Notes: generated by a model not told the origin, from the letters alone. Shown: positions 1-11,034, counted from the first letter of the stretch. The stretch: 64,000 bases of DNA from Candidatus Udaeobacter sp. (GCA_035473115.1 DATION010000006.1:64521-128520), one strand, 5' to 3'. Numbers and translations: made by a program.

Positions 1-318
1 ATCAGCAGTTTATCTGGCGGTGAACGCACTCTTACTTCAATTGCTTTGATCTGCGCTATTTTAAGTTATAATCCATCACCGTTTGTAGTTTTAGATGAAG
101 TTGAAGCGGCGCTTGATGAAGCCAACACTCGTCGGTTTGCCGAAATTGTTACCGAGCTTTCTTCGCAATCTCAATTTATTATTATTACTCACAATCGCGT
201 AACTATGCACGCGGCTGATGCTTTGTATGGAGTAGTAATGGGCAATGAAGGTATCTCTAAACTTTTGAGTGTTAAACTGGAAGAGGTGCCAAAATATACA
301 ACTGAAACTGAAGCTTAA
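1..318 (+). CDS. smc: Chromosome segregation protein SMC, C-terminal fragment (5' end outside window)
   Basis: The reading frame is open from base 1. The translation carries the ABC signature LSGGERTL and the Walker-B/D-loop [11 protein letters not shown], followed by the SMC C-terminal tail. The stop codon is at 316-318. Confidence 0.8.
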   Translation: MSSLSGGERTLTSIALICAILSYNPSPFVVLDEVEAALDEANTRRFAEIVTELSSQSQFIIITHNRVTMHAADALYGVVMGNEGISKLLSVKLEEVPKYTTETEA

Positions 319-371
319 GTTTAATTTTTAAAATTAAAAAAATGACTCAAGAGTTTGAGTTATTTTTTTAT

Positions 372-397
372 AAAACAAAAAGGGCGTTGGTACGCCC
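372..397 (-). terminator. Rho-independent terminator downstream of kup (minus strand)
   Basis: Hairpin GGGCGT-tggt-ACGCCC at 382-397. On the minus strand it is followed by a U-run, the reverse complement of aaaacaaaaa at 372-381. Confidence 0.5.
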
Positions 398-438
398 TAC
401 TAACCGCTTGCGCGGTTAGATTTTTAGAAAGGTGCTAT

Positions 439-2403
439 TTATGGAGAGATCCTCACGTCTCCTTTTTTCCCGATATGAATTGGGATTATTTCTTTGACCA
501 ACCGTTTCACTTGCGGTCCCAATCCAAAATACATATAGGCCGGAGCCGATATTTTCAGTATCAATGAGAACAGTCGTGCTGCCAATCTGAAGAAGGGATT
601 TTTTGCTTCATTGATAAAGAACTCTTCGCCTACGACCAGGTCGCCGTCACGATGGATGAATTGTGCTTCAACCTCTTTTCCCATCTCAGGCTCTCTCATG
701 TAGCCAAAGTTAGTAATGATTGATTTGATCACGCATCCATCTTTTTGGTAGAGGATTACCTTTTCTGTATGGTAATAACTCGGGTTATTGCTTCGCAAAA
801 CTGTCACAAAGGTAATTGCTTCCGGTACTTTCCCATGCCGTTCAATATGTAGTTGCAGAGTTAATGGCACCAGGTCTTCCAGTCTACGAACCGGATTTGA
901 TGTCAAGAAGAGCTGGTGGTTGCCGACTGATTTTTTTGAGCCAATCAGATCTGCAGCCATTTGGACAGTGAAACGCGGTCTCGTGCTTGTGCTGTAGCTG
1001 CTGGTGAAAGCCTTGAGCATCAAATTTTCTCTTCCCCATTGCCAAACGTACATAAGAGTAAAGAGACAAATTGCGATCAGAATTGGCACATAACCACCGT
1101 TCCAGAACTTCAATGTGTTGGCTCCGAAGAAAGCAAGGTCGACCGATGCGAACAAAATACAAATTGGCACAGCGACCTTTGGCTTCCAGTTCATGCGATC
1201 TATCGCTACCTGCATAAAGGCGATCGTTGTAATCGCCATTGTTCCAGTCACGGCAATACCATAGGCCGCAGCCAGAGCGCTGGATGTTTCAAATTTCTGG
1301 ACTAGTAAGATACAGCCGATGAACAGAGTCCAGTTGATGAAGGGGATATAGATCTGTCCTTCATGATCAGCGTTGGTATGCTTTATCTTGAGGCGTGGAA
1401 ATAATCCAAGTGAGATAGCTTGCCTTGTGAGAGAGAACGCGCCCGAAATCAAAGCCTGGCTGGCAATGACTGTCGCCGCAGTAGCCAGGATCACCATCGG
1501 GATTAGCAGGTCTTTTGGAACAATAGCGTAAAACAAGTTATTTCCGTTGTCGGCTGTTGCCGAGAGTAGATGAGCACCTTGTCCAAAGTAGTTCAGTAGA
1601 AGACTTGGGTATACAACCGCGAACCAAGCCGTACGAATTGGCTTGGCACCAAAGTGACCCATGTCAGCATAGAGCGCTTCACCGCCTGTAATGCATAGAA
1701 CAACACTTCCAAGAATGATCCAAGTATGGCTGCCATGGTTCACACAAAACTGAATTGCGTACCACGGATTAACAGCTTGAATAATTTCTGGGTGCTTCGT
1801 AATTTGCACCAGCCCAAGCCCACCAATAACTAGAAACCAAACAACCATCACTGGCTTGAACAGGTTGCCCACCCTATCAGTGCCCCAACGCTGGATAGCA
1901 AAGAGGCCAAATAGAGTGAGGTAGGTTAATGGGATGATATATGGATGGAAAGCTTTGCTTGAAACTTCCAAGCCTTCCCAAGCAGAAAGAACAGAAATCG
2001 CCGGCGTGATCATGCCGTCTGCATACAACAGGCAGGCACCGAGCACAATCAAACTGGGTAGAATTACCTTCACCCATTTGGAGGATCGTTTTGGAATTAC
2101 AGTTTTATCGCTACTGTTATTTCCGTTGCCATTCTTGAGCAAAGCTAGCAAGGCAAAGATTCCACCTTCACCTTTGTTGTCTGCGCGCATGACGAGGTAA
2201 ATGTATTTCATCGTCACGATGATTGCTAGAGCCCAAAAAAACAAGCTGAGCATGCCGAAAACATTCTCGGTACTTAGTTTTCCACCAAGCGAATTCTTAG
2301 TCTCGTTCAAGGCGTAGAGTGGCGACGTGCCGATATCCCCAAAGACAACCCCAACGGTCGCAAGAGTCATACCAACAAGATCGCTACCATGCTTCTTTGT
2401 CAT
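439..2403 (-). CDS. kup: KUP/HAK/KT family potassium uptake transporter
   Basis: 672-aa minus ORF with the Kup signature GVVFGDIGTSPLYAL and about 12 transmembrane helices. The likely true start is the internal Met (MTKKHG...) at 2403, preceded by AAGGAAA 5 nt upstream. The ORF track starts at 2457. Confidence 0.9.
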   Translation of the reverse strand: MTKKHGSDLVGMTLATVGVVFGDIGTSPLYALNETKNSLGGKLSTENVFGMLSLFFWALAIIVTMKYIYLVMRADNKGEGGIFALLALLKNGNGNNSSDKTVIPKRSSKWVKVILPSLIVLGACLLYADGMITPAISVLSAWEGLEVSSKAFHPYIIPLTYLTLFGLFAIQRWGTDRVGNLFKPVMVVWFLVIGGLGLVQITKHPEIIQAVNPWYAIQFCVNHGSHTWIILGSVVLCITGGEALYADMGHFGAKPIRTAWFAVVYPSLLLNYFGQGAHLLSATADNGNNLFYAIVPKDLLIPMVILATAATVIASQALISGAFSLTRQAISLGLFPRLKIKHTNADHEGQIYIPFINWTLFIGCILLVQKFETSSALAAAYGIAVTGTMAITTIAFMQVAIDRMNWKPKVAVPICILFASVDLAFFGANTLKFWNGGYVPILIAICLFTLMYVWQWGRENLMLKAFTSSYSTSTRPRFTVQMAADLIGSKKSVGNHQLFLTSNPVRRLEDLVPLTLQLHIERHGKVPEAITFVTVLRSNNPSYYHTEKVILYQKDGCVIKSIITNFGYMREPEMGKEVEAQFIHRDGDLVVGEEFFINEAKNPFFRLAARLFSLILKISAPAYMYFGLGPQVKRLVKEIIPIHIGKKGDVRISP

Positions 2404-2720
2404 TGTGTTTCCTTTGTACTGATTGTTTGTGCTTAGATTATCCGTATTATTTTTCACCCAACGAAAGGCAGGCTTCTCTTTCCCCCTCCTTTTTATTAGG
2501 AAGACAAAAAAGAACCTTTCCTTTGTTGTAGAAGTCTGTCTTGCAGTTAGGTGAATAATTGTCGAACAAACTAAGTATTTTGTTAATGAGCGCCGCCAAT
2601 CGGATATTTACCAAATAACCGATGCTATATTTTATATATGGTTATAGTAGTATGTCAGTACATTTAAAAATTTGCGCCATCCGGTTTTTTCGCGATAGGT
2701 TATTGTAGCAGTTATTTATG

Positions 2721-2749
2721 TTGACAAAATAGATTAAGTATAGTAAAAT
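2721..2749 (+). promoter_or_regulatory. Sigma70-like promoter upstream of rpsP
   Basis: TTGACA (2721-2726), a 17-nt spacer, then TAAAAT (2744-2749), about 55 nt upstream of rpsP. Confidence 0.45.
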
Positions 2750-2804
2750 GCCAAAGCTCTCGGAATCACAAAATTTATTTATCTTTTATCAATCACATTA
2801 ATTT

Positions 2805-3146
2805 ATGTTGACTATTCGTTTACAAAGATTAGGAAAAAAGAATGCTCCGACTTATCGTTTGGTTATCTCAGAAAAAGCTAGAGACACCCAAGGAAACAAT
2901 TTAGAAATTTTAGGCAGTTTTAATCCGCATTTGAAAGAAGGCGGTTTAGTGCCAAACATAGAGCGCATTAAATACTGGTTAGAAAAAGGCGCACAGACTT
3001 CAAATACCGTACATAACTTATTTTTGAAAGCCGGCATTATCGGCGGAGAAAAGAAAAAGAAATCAGTTTATATCTCTACAGACCGAGCTGCCAAATTGGC
3101 CGAAAAAGCCAAATCAGCCGCTCCAAAAGAAGAAGCTGCAGCTTAA
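2805..3146 (+). CDS. rpsP: 30S ribosomal protein S16
   Basis: N-terminal MLTIRLQRLGKKNAPTYRLV is the canonical S16 start. Confidence 0.9.
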   Translation: MLTIRLQRLGKKNAPTYRLVISEKARDTQGNNLEILGSFNPHLKEGGLVPNIERIKYWLEKGAQTSNTVHNLFLKAGIIGGEKKKKSVYISTDRAAKLAEKAKSAAPKEEAAA

Positions 3147-3343
3147 TGTTTGACTGAGATTTTCAGATTTGATATTATTGTAAGTAAGGAGCAGAACTGG
3201 TAGTCGCTTCAAGTGACAATGGTCGACAGTCTGCCAATTATAGAAAACAAAATGCGTATTTAGAAATGAAGTTTATAACTTTATTTAGACAAACAAAGCA
3301 AATATGAAAAAACATTTTCATATTTGATTCAATCTTAGAAATT

Positions 3344-3661
3344 ATGGAAGCAGATCAACAGTTTATCGAAATGTTAGTTAAAGCAATTGTTAACAACCCG
3401 GAAGATGTAAAAACAGAACGCACTATCGACGAAAGAGGAGTTTTAATAACTCTAACCGTTAATCCAGCTGATATGGGTTATGTGATTGGCCGCGAAGGTC
3501 AAACAGCTCGTTCTATGCGCACTTTGCTTAAGATCGTTGGTGCTAAGCACAACGCTCGCGTTAATTTAAAGATTAACGAACCAGCCGGCGGCCGAGCTCC
3601 TCGCCCAGCGCAAATGGATAACCAAATGGTTGATACTAGCGCAGTAGATTTGAACATCTAA
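3344..3661 (+). CDS. KH-domain RNA-binding protein (YlqC/UPF0109-like), the usual rpsP neighbour
   Basis: Contains VIGREGQTARSMRTLLKIVG, a KH GXXG motif. Positional conservation next to rpsP. Confidence 0.85.
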   Translation: MEADQQFIEMLVKAIVNNPEDVKTERTIDERGVLITLTVNPADMGYVIGREGQTARSMRTLLKIVGAKHNARVNLKINEPAGGRAPRPAQMDNQMVDTSAVDLNI

Positions 3662-3682
3662 TAAAATACAAATAAAACTAAA

Positions 3683-3716
3683 CCACTCTTGGGAAACTGA
3701 GGGTGGTTTTGTTTTT
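3683..3716 (+). terminator. Intrinsic terminator after the KH gene
   Basis: Stem CCACTC/GAGGGTGG (3683-3707) followed by TTTTGTTTTT. Confidence 0.45.
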
Positions 3717-3719
3717 ACA

Positions 3720-3748
3720 TTGACAAAAACTAAGAAGTGTGCTATATT
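3720..3748 (+). promoter_or_regulatory. Strong sigma70-like promoter with extended -10 driving the GC-rich cupin gene
   Basis: TTGACA (3720-3725), a 17-nt spacer ending in TGc, then TATATT (3743-3748). Confidence 0.5.
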
Positions 3749-3839
3749 CAATGGTTGTTTTTATATTGGTTGGGCGAAAATTGAGGTTAGAAAAACTTTA
3801 GTTTTAGCCCAAACAATAACAACCGGGCGAAGGAACATC

Positions 3840-4301
3840 ATGGAGAAGCGTAAATTGAGTCCCGAAGAAGTTGCCTTCCTGGGCATGAGTACGAATCACG
3901 AGCAGATGCCAAATGCGGAGTATCGTCTCCGCCTCATGTGTGCGGATGGTAGTGGTTACATTCGCACCGTCGCTGGTCCCAAGGGTGAGTGGCAGAACAG
4001 CCACTACCACACGGGTGTCCGCGAGTTCATCGCTGTCCAGACCGGCTGGATAGCGATCGCTGAGTTCCGCGATGGCCAACTCGTCATCAGAGTGCTCAGC
4101 GCTGGTGCGTTCATTGTCTCCGAGCCGAACGTGCACCACAACGTGTACATGTCGGCGAGGACAGTCACTCATTGCGTGAAGTTTGGTGACACGGCGGCGG
4201 AGAAGGCCAGCGGCAAGGCCGACTGGCACGCGAGCCATGAGGTAGACAGGCTCACCAAGCACCTCCCCGAGGATGAAATCCTGTCAATCGCCGTGGAGTA
4301 G
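3840..4301 (+). CDS. Cupin-fold protein on a GC-rich, probably horizontally acquired, segment
   Basis: The sequence is visibly GC-richer than its flanks from about 3840 to 4380. Start MEKRKLSPEE at 3840 is preceded by AAGGAA. The HYHTGVREFIAVQTGW...NVHHNVY pattern resembles cupin metal-binding motifs. The ORF track starts at 3720 inside the promoter and is not believed. Confidence 0.55.
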   Translation: MEKRKLSPEEVAFLGMSTNHEQMPNAEYRLRLMCADGSGYIRTVAGPKGEWQNSHYHTGVREFIAVQTGWIAIAEFRDGQLVIRVLSAGAFIVSEPNVHHNVYMSARTVTHCVKFGDTAAEKASGKADWHASHEVDRLTKHLPEDEILSIAVE

Positions 4302-4343
4302 TAGGTAGGTTTGGAATCATCCGAACCAACCTCATATTGTCCC

Positions 4344-4377
4344 GACCTGTCGCGCGTGCGGCGGGTCTGTGTTTTTT
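4344..4377 (+). terminator. Intrinsic terminator closing the GC-rich insert
   Basis: 10-bp GC-rich stem (4344-4367) followed by TGTGTTTTTT. Confidence 0.5.
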
Positions 4378-4421
4378 AAAAAACATATTGTATAATGATT
4401 AAGAAATAAAAGTTTTGTTAT

Positions 4422-5006
4422 ATGAATGAAAGTTTCAGCGGTTTTTATGGCTTAGTAATTTTGCCAGATGCGGTTACTGTTGAACGTGTTCGTTCGTTGG
4501 TTAAACAGTTGGCTCCAAAGGTTGAATTCCAAACAGAAATTCCTCATGTTACTTTGTTTCAAGGACAGATGAAAGACTTGCCTGTAGCAGAGGTAAAGAA
4601 ATTATTAAAAAAATTAGAAAGTTTGCGCGGTAAACAATTTAATTTAGATAAGTTAGAAATTTTTGCTGGGGAGTACCTTTTTTGGGATGTTAAAAATACC
4701 GTAGAATTACAAAAAGCTCATGAAGTAGCTCTAGATATGGTAAAGTATGTAAATCCAGACAGGCTTAAATTGGCACCACATGCGTCGCTAAATTTAACAG
4801 ACAAGCAAATGGAGAGTGTAAAAAAGTATGGCCATCCGCTTTCTGGGAGTGCATATTTACCGCATATTACTATAGCTGCTGATTCAAAATCGTTTTCTTT
4901 GCCAGCCGGGTTTACAGAATTGCCTGGTAGGTTTACAGTTGATTCAGTCCAGTTTAGCGAGATGGGTAAAAACGGCCGAGTGGAAAATTTAATTGAAATA
5001 AAATGA
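4422..5006 (+). CDS. 2H phosphoesterase superfamily protein (LigT-like 2'-5' RNA ligase / cyclic phosphodiesterase)
   Basis: Two H-x-T-x motifs (PHVTLF and PHITIA) with the right spacing in a protein of about 190 aa. Confidence 0.7.
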   Translation: MNESFSGFYGLVILPDAVTVERVRSLVKQLAPKVEFQTEIPHVTLFQGQMKDLPVAEVKKLLKKLESLRGKQFNLDKLEIFAGEYLFWDVKNTVELQKAHEVALDMVKYVNPDRLKLAPHASLNLTDKQMESVKKYGHPLSGSAYLPHITIAADSKSFSLPAGFTELPGRFTVDSVQFSEMGKNGRVENLIEIK

Positions 5007-5719
5007 AATTTAATATCCTGACAATCTTTCCTAATTTTTTTGAAAGCTTTAAAAATGAAGCTTTAATTTTACGCGCGCAGAAAAAGAAATTGATTTCTAT
5101 AACTACAAATAATTTGCGGGACTACGCCGAAGATAAGCGCGGCACAGTTGATGATCGGCCGTATGGAGGAGGGGCTGGTATGGTTTTAATGTTTATGCCG
5201 ATTTACAAAGCAGTGCAAAAAATAAAAGCTAAATTGAAAACCCCAAAGGGGTCCCTTCGGGATAAAAAGTCTAAGATTAAAGTAATTGTTTTTAATCCTA
5301 AAGGTAAAAAATTTACTCAAGAAATGGCTCGCGAGTGGTCTAAACTCGATCAATTAATTATGATTTGCGGTCGCTATGAAGGTATAGATGAACGAGTTAT
5401 GACTGAAGTGGCTGATGAAGAAATTTCTATTGGTGACTATGTTTTATTTGGCGGGGAAGTACCGGCGATGGTAATTATGGAAGCGGTCACGAGATTGTTG
5501 CCAGGTGCTATTGGCAAACAGGAATCTCTTAAAGACGAATCATTTAAAGATGCCGGAGAAATGGGTCAGGAACAATTAATTAAATTTATTGAATACCCGC
5601 ATTACACTCGGCCGGAAGTTGTGGTTGTAAAAAGAAAAAAAGTTAAAGTACCAGATGTTTTGCTTTCCGGTGATCATAAGAAAATCGAGGAGTGGAGGAG
5701 GCAAAATTCTCAGGGTTAA
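5003..5719 (+). CDS. trmD: tRNA (guanine37-N1)-methyltransferase TrmD
   Basis: MKFNILTIFPNFF start, GGGAGMV and CGRYEGIDERV motifs. ATGA overlap with the upstream gene. Confidence 0.9.
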   Translation: MKFNILTIFPNFFESFKNEALILRAQKKKLISITTNNLRDYAEDKRGTVDDRPYGGGAGMVLMFMPIYKAVQKIKAKLKTPKGSLRDKKSKIKVIVFNPKGKKFTQEMAREWSKLDQLIMICGRYEGIDERVMTEVADEEISIGDYVLFGGEVPAMVIMEAVTRLLPGAIGKQESLKDESFKDAGEMGQEQLIKFIEYPHYTRPEVVVVKRKKVKVPDVLLSGDHKKIEEWRRQNSQG

Positions 5720-5761
5720 AAAAGGCCAATTTTATCCCCAATTTACGCACAATCCAGGCTC

Positions 5762-5790
5762 TTGACGGAAATTTGGTCTTGTGTTAATAT
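5762..5790 (+). promoter_or_regulatory. Candidate rRNA promoter
   Basis: TTGACG (5762-5767), a 17-nt spacer ending in TGT, then TAATAT (5785-5790), about 370 nt upstream of the 16S 5' end. Confidence 0.4.
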
Positions 5791-6157
5791 TTAGAAGCTA
5801 AAAACATAATAAATTTTTGCAAACCAAGTACCTCAAAATTAACGGTTCTCAAGTAAGTCCAAAAAGGAAACTACTTGCCTCGCTTAGCGAGGGGAAGAGA
5901 AAAGAGCAATCAAGATTTGATTTCTCTTTTTTCTTTCTAATCAGGTATTAGGAAGAAAAAAGTTTTCCAACAATTCAAAGATTGGAAAGGCACGTTGACA
6001 ACATAAATGTGACAAAGACCACACTTCAAAATTAACTTCGGTTAATGGAGAAGTACCCAAGTCTATTCTAAAAAAACTCGAGTTATTTCGAGTATAAATA
6101 AAAAATAAATCTATAATGATAACTTGTTCAGATTGAACAAATATTAAACTCTTTTTA

Positions 6158-7684
<1,527 letters not shown>

Positions 7685-7812
7685 GGAGATACTCAGTCGA
7701 AAGACTGTGAATTTCTGTCGAGCATACTGATTTATCAGTATTGCGCCTCAACTTCGGTTGAGGACTGAAAGGATAGACCGGTCTTTGTCACATTTATGAA
7801 GTCAATGCAAAA

Positions 7813-7835
7813 AATTCGCTTATGGCGAATTTTTT
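7813..7835 (+). terminator. Hairpin with U-run after 16S (terminator or processing site)
   Basis: AATTCGC-ttatg-GCGAATT followed by TTTTT. Confidence 0.4.
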
Positions 7836-7887
7836 GTTGACTAAGTTTTATTTTACTATTATATTATTCGGTAGGAGGAACCAAAAA

Positions 7888-8064
7888 ATGCTTTTCAGGA
7901 TGAACCCTTTAAAAAACTCGAGATTGATATTGGCCATTTTGGAGAGGCTTCCCGGTCCAGTGATACTGTCATTGGTAGTTTTTCTGGAAGCCTTAGACAG
8001 AGGGCAAAGTATTTGTGCCGGAGTAAGAAGAGCCAAACAGGCTATGAGTTTGAAAAAAAAGTAG
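7888..8064 (+). CDS. Small hypothetical protein (58 aa) with its own promoter and Shine-Dalgarno sequence
   Basis: TTGACT (7837-7842), 17 nt, TATATT (7860-7865). AGGAGG (7873-7878) lies 9 nt before ATG 7888. One hydrophobic segment. The ORF track's longer version starts at 7822. Confidence 0.3.
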   Translation: MLFRMNPLKNSRLILAILERLPGPVILSLVVFLEALDRGQSICAGVRRAKQAMSLKKK

Positions 8065-8341
8065 TTTTCACCTAGAGGTATAGTGAGTGAGAGTGATTGA
8101 TCATTTAGAAGTTGGTAGACCAAATTTGGCAGGTAGCGAGCATACTCCGCCAATTGTACGGCTTGGCAGAGGTAAAATGCCTACCTTCGTAGTCGCCCGA
8201 TCACGAGGCATAAATCGTGAAGTCACAAAAACAATCTTAGTAAATAAGGTTGTTTTTGTTTGAAAATAACAGCAAATCAGGCCTTGATTTTTTAAGGCAA
8301 TCTGTTATACTTGATTTTACTAAAAAAGTTTTGTATAATCA

Positions 8342-8415
8342 GGGCAATTAGCTCAGTTGGTTAGAGCGTTACATTGACATTGTAAAGGTCAGAGGTTCGA
8401 ATCCTCTATTGCCCA
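8342..8415 (+). tRNA. tRNA-Val (anticodon GAC)
   Basis: Cloverleaf folded by hand: acceptor GGGCAAT/ATTGCCC, anticodon stem TTACA/TGTAA, loop TTGACAT, T-loop TTCGAAT. No encoded CCA. Confidence 0.9.
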
Positions 8416-8566
8416 CTTATGGGTTCCCAAGAGCCTTTATAGCCATTTTATGGCAAGTTTACTTTATTAAGATTTAAATTTTCTTGCAAAATGAATATTC
8501 ATTATGATATGCTAAAGGCAAAATTAAACTAGCGTATTATAATATTAACGATATAATTATATTTAT

Positions 8567-9838
8567 ATGGAGAAAGGACTAATAACATCAACTCCAGAAT
8601 CCACCAAGGAAGAACCAGTTGAGACCGAGACTGAAGCTGAAGCTAAGGCTAAGGAGAGTGAAGAAAAAAAACCGGCTAAAGCCTCGGGAGTTAATAGAAT
8701 TTTGGGAAGAATGGAAATCGCTTATAACCAGTTTTGGGTGAATAGACATGAAAAAAAAGCTGTTCAGCTTAAAAATAAAATAGATGGCTCTGATTTAAAA
8801 ATCAGAGCGCTTGAGCAATCTAAGCAAGAAATAGCGTTGGCCATTGGAGATTTAAAAGCGCAGAATATTCCGGGCAGTGAAACATTAAAATTAAAAATCA
8901 AGGCTATAGATCAGGAAATAACTGGTTTTTCAAACACAAGAGATGCAGTCCAGAGTAAACTTGAAGAAAGAGAAAATAAAGCAAAATTATACACAAACAA
9001 GAGAGATAGAGTAGCCGACAAGCTCATTGGCCATTATGATGAAAAACTTGAGCCGATGGAAGAGGAATTAGAAAATCTACAGACCTGTAAAGATCAGGTA
9101 GATCTGGTTATGGCTGTAACGGAAGCAAAACACGGTGAGCAGTTAGAAAAACTAAATAACATTAAAAAAAGAAAAACACAATTAGAAAATGCTTTGCGCA
9201 CGACAGGGATGTCGGAAAAACAGGTTCAAAAATTTGAGGCAGTAAAAGCATTGACAGATCTTTTGGTCCAAGGACGTGAAAAGGTAAGGTTGGAGTGGGA
9301 TGATTTAATGCAAAGAAAAGCAAGAATAAATGAAAAAATTGCAGATGTTGATGCTAAAGCTAATCCTTATAGAGATAAGCGGGAAAAGTTTGCTAGAGTA
9401 AAGGCAGGAAGACCGGTTAGCATGGAAGTGGCAACAAGACAAAGAGTGTCTGAGTTTAAAGGCACAGAAGAAGCAACATCACACACCAGAACAGAAAGTT
9501 CCGAGGAAAAACCTTCCGGTGTATATGAAACATCTCCGATGGAAGCCAAAGTAGCAGAATCTATAGAAAAAGATAAAGAACGACGGACAGCCTCGGATTA
9601 TATTTCCGGTTGGAATACTTATCTTCAGAAAAAATACGGTGGCGACCTGCTGGCAACAGAGACAGTCAACTCAAAAGATTTTTTAAGTTCAACTCGTCTA
9701 TCGTCCGATTATAAACTGGACTTCAAAGATTTTAAAAATATTTTGACAAGGTATTACAAGCTCAAAAAGATGCCCGCAGATAAGCTGAATGCTGATATTG
9801 ATAAGTTCTTTGCCGACACAATAAAGGTCCAGAAATAA
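8567..9838 (+). CDS. Hypothetical K/E-rich coiled-coil protein
   Basis: 423-aa ORF with long heptad-like charged stretches. No recognisable catalytic motif. Confidence 0.55.
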   Translation: MEKGLITSTPESTKEEPVETETEAEAKAKESEEKKPAKASGVNRILGRMEIAYNQFWVNRHEKKAVQLKNKIDGSDLKIRALEQSKQEIALAIGDLKAQNIPGSETLKLKIKAIDQEITGFSNTRDAVQSKLEERENKAKLYTNKRDRVADKLIGHYDEKLEPMEEELENLQTCKDQVDLVMAVTEAKHGEQLEKLNNIKKRKTQLENALRTTGMSEKQVQKFEAVKALTDLLVQGREKVRLEWDDLMQRKARINEKIADVDAKANPYRDKREKFARVKAGRPVSMEVATRQRVSEFKGTEEATSHTRTESSEEKPSGVYETSPMEAKVAESIEKDKERRTASDYISGWNTYLQKKYGGDLLATETVNSKDFLSSTRLSSDYKLDFKDFKNILTRYYKLKKMPADKLNADIDKFFADTIKVQK

Positions 9839-9861
9839 TAAATTTATTTTGATTAAAAAAT

Positions 9862-10137
9862 ATGACAGCAGATCTAAATCAAGCAAATACTAAAAGTGCT
9901 CAAGGTGTGAATGCGCAGCTTAATGATTTGTTAAAAGATGCAAAAAACCTTAATCGAGAAATAGATAAAACTAATAGTGAAGCAAATAAAAATATTGATG
10001 GCATTGAAGCGGTAGTTGATAGATCGGTAAATAAAATCACACGGATTTATTCTGACTTGGACGCGATAGAAGAAAATGCCGGAGACGAACTCGACAAACT
10101 TGTGCTTCAACGCACGAAAGACTTGGCTGACGAGTAG
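9862..10137 (+). CDS. Hypothetical small coiled-coil protein
   Basis: 91-aa ORF, charged and helical, ending immediately before tRNA-Ile. Confidence 0.45.
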   Translation: MTADLNQANTKSAQGVNAQLNDLLKDAKNLNREIDKTNSEANKNIDGIEAVVDRSVNKITRIYSDLDAIEENAGDELDKLVLQRTKDLADE

Positions 10138-10147
10138 ACTTAAAAGA

Positions 10148-10221
10148 GGGCATGTAGCTCAGATGGTTAGAGCGCGTCACTGATAATGACGAGGTCCCAA
10201 GTTCGATTCTTGGCATGCCCA
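10148..10221 (+). tRNA. tRNA-Ile (anticodon GAT)
   Basis: Acceptor GGGCATG/CATGCCC, anticodon stem CGTCA/TGACG, loop CTGATAA, T-loop TTCGATT. Followed by hairpin CGACGCTCAGCGTCG. Confidence 0.9.
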
Positions 10222-10397
10222 CGACGCTCAGCGTCGTTTTTGGCATATTTAGCGTGCCACTACGATAATTTTTAAGACCTGTTTATGACATGGTTTATTG
10301 TTGTTCATTTTCAGCATAGACTATTTGCCAAATATAAAAATTTAGTATATAATCCCATTTTAGATAGCTTTGAATTTTCAATAAAATAACTTATTTT

Positions 10398-11000
10398 ATG
10401 GCAGAGGAACAAAAAGATTTATTTAAACAAAAATTACTCTCATCTCTGGCTAGTGCCGGCATATTTTTTCTTGAATTAGTAAAAGTGGCGGCTTTGGCAG
10501 GGATTACTATTGGTATTATAAGGTACGCTTTGTTTAAGCCTTTTTATGTCAAAGGCGCATCCATGGAACCAAATTTTTTTGATAAAGAATATTTAATTAT
10601 TGACGAGTTAACTTATAGATTCCGCCCGGCTCAGCGCGGCGAGGTAATCGTATTCAAATATCCGGAAAACCCGAAAGAATATTTTTTAAAAAGAATAATC
10701 GGTTTGCCCGGAGAGAGAATAAAAGTTTCTGATGGACAGATAACTATTTACAATCAGGCTCATCCGGAAGGAATGGTTTTGGATGAACCATATCTGCCAA
10801 AAGATCTGCTGACTGTCGGTGAAAAAATTACTACCATCAGCGAAAATCAGTATTTTGTTTTGGGAGATAATCGCCCTAATAGTTTTGATTCCAGACGTTT
10901 TGGCGCGATTGATAAAAATTTAGTGGTCGGACGAGTATTTTTTAGAGGCCTGCCGTTTAATAGAGCGGAAATAATTCCTGAACCAAAATTGAATATTTAA
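10398..11000 (+). CDS. lepB: Signal peptidase I
   Basis: N-terminal TM helix, GASMEP (catalytic Ser box), RIIGLPGE, GDNRPNSFDSR. Confidence 0.85.
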   Translation: MAEEQKDLFKQKLLSSLASAGIFFLELVKVAALAGITIGIIRYALFKPFYVKGASMEPNFFDKEYLIIDELTYRFRPAQRGEVIVFKYPENPKEYFLKRIIGLPGERIKVSDGQITIYNQAHPEGMVLDEPYLPKDLLTVGEKITTISENQYFVLGDNRPNSFDSRRFGAIDKNLVVGRVFFRGLPFNRAEIIPEPKLNI

Positions 11001-11034
11001 TTTTTAAAATTTAGGAATCAGTAAAATAAAAATT

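Noticed and set aside
3720-3839. ORF-track start at 3720 for the cupin gene (MTKTKKCAIF...)
   Set aside because: Codons 3720-3839 coincide with a TTGACA-17-TATATT promoter and are AT-rich, unlike the GC-rich body. The Met at 3840 with AAGGAA upstream is the credible start.
8090-8230. Moderately GC-richer stretch with partial inverted repeats between the small ORF and tRNA-Val, considered as a possible 5S rRNA or small RNA
   Set aside because: No match to 5S, SRP or tmRNA conserved blocks by eye. It also overlaps the minus ORF 7848-8153.
8311-8339. TTGATT-17-TATAAT promoter directly upstream of tRNA-Val
   Set aside because: The -10 ends only 2-3 nt before the mature tRNA 5' end. That would place the TSS inside the tRNA. 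It is either fortuitous or an atypical start, so not reported as a feature.
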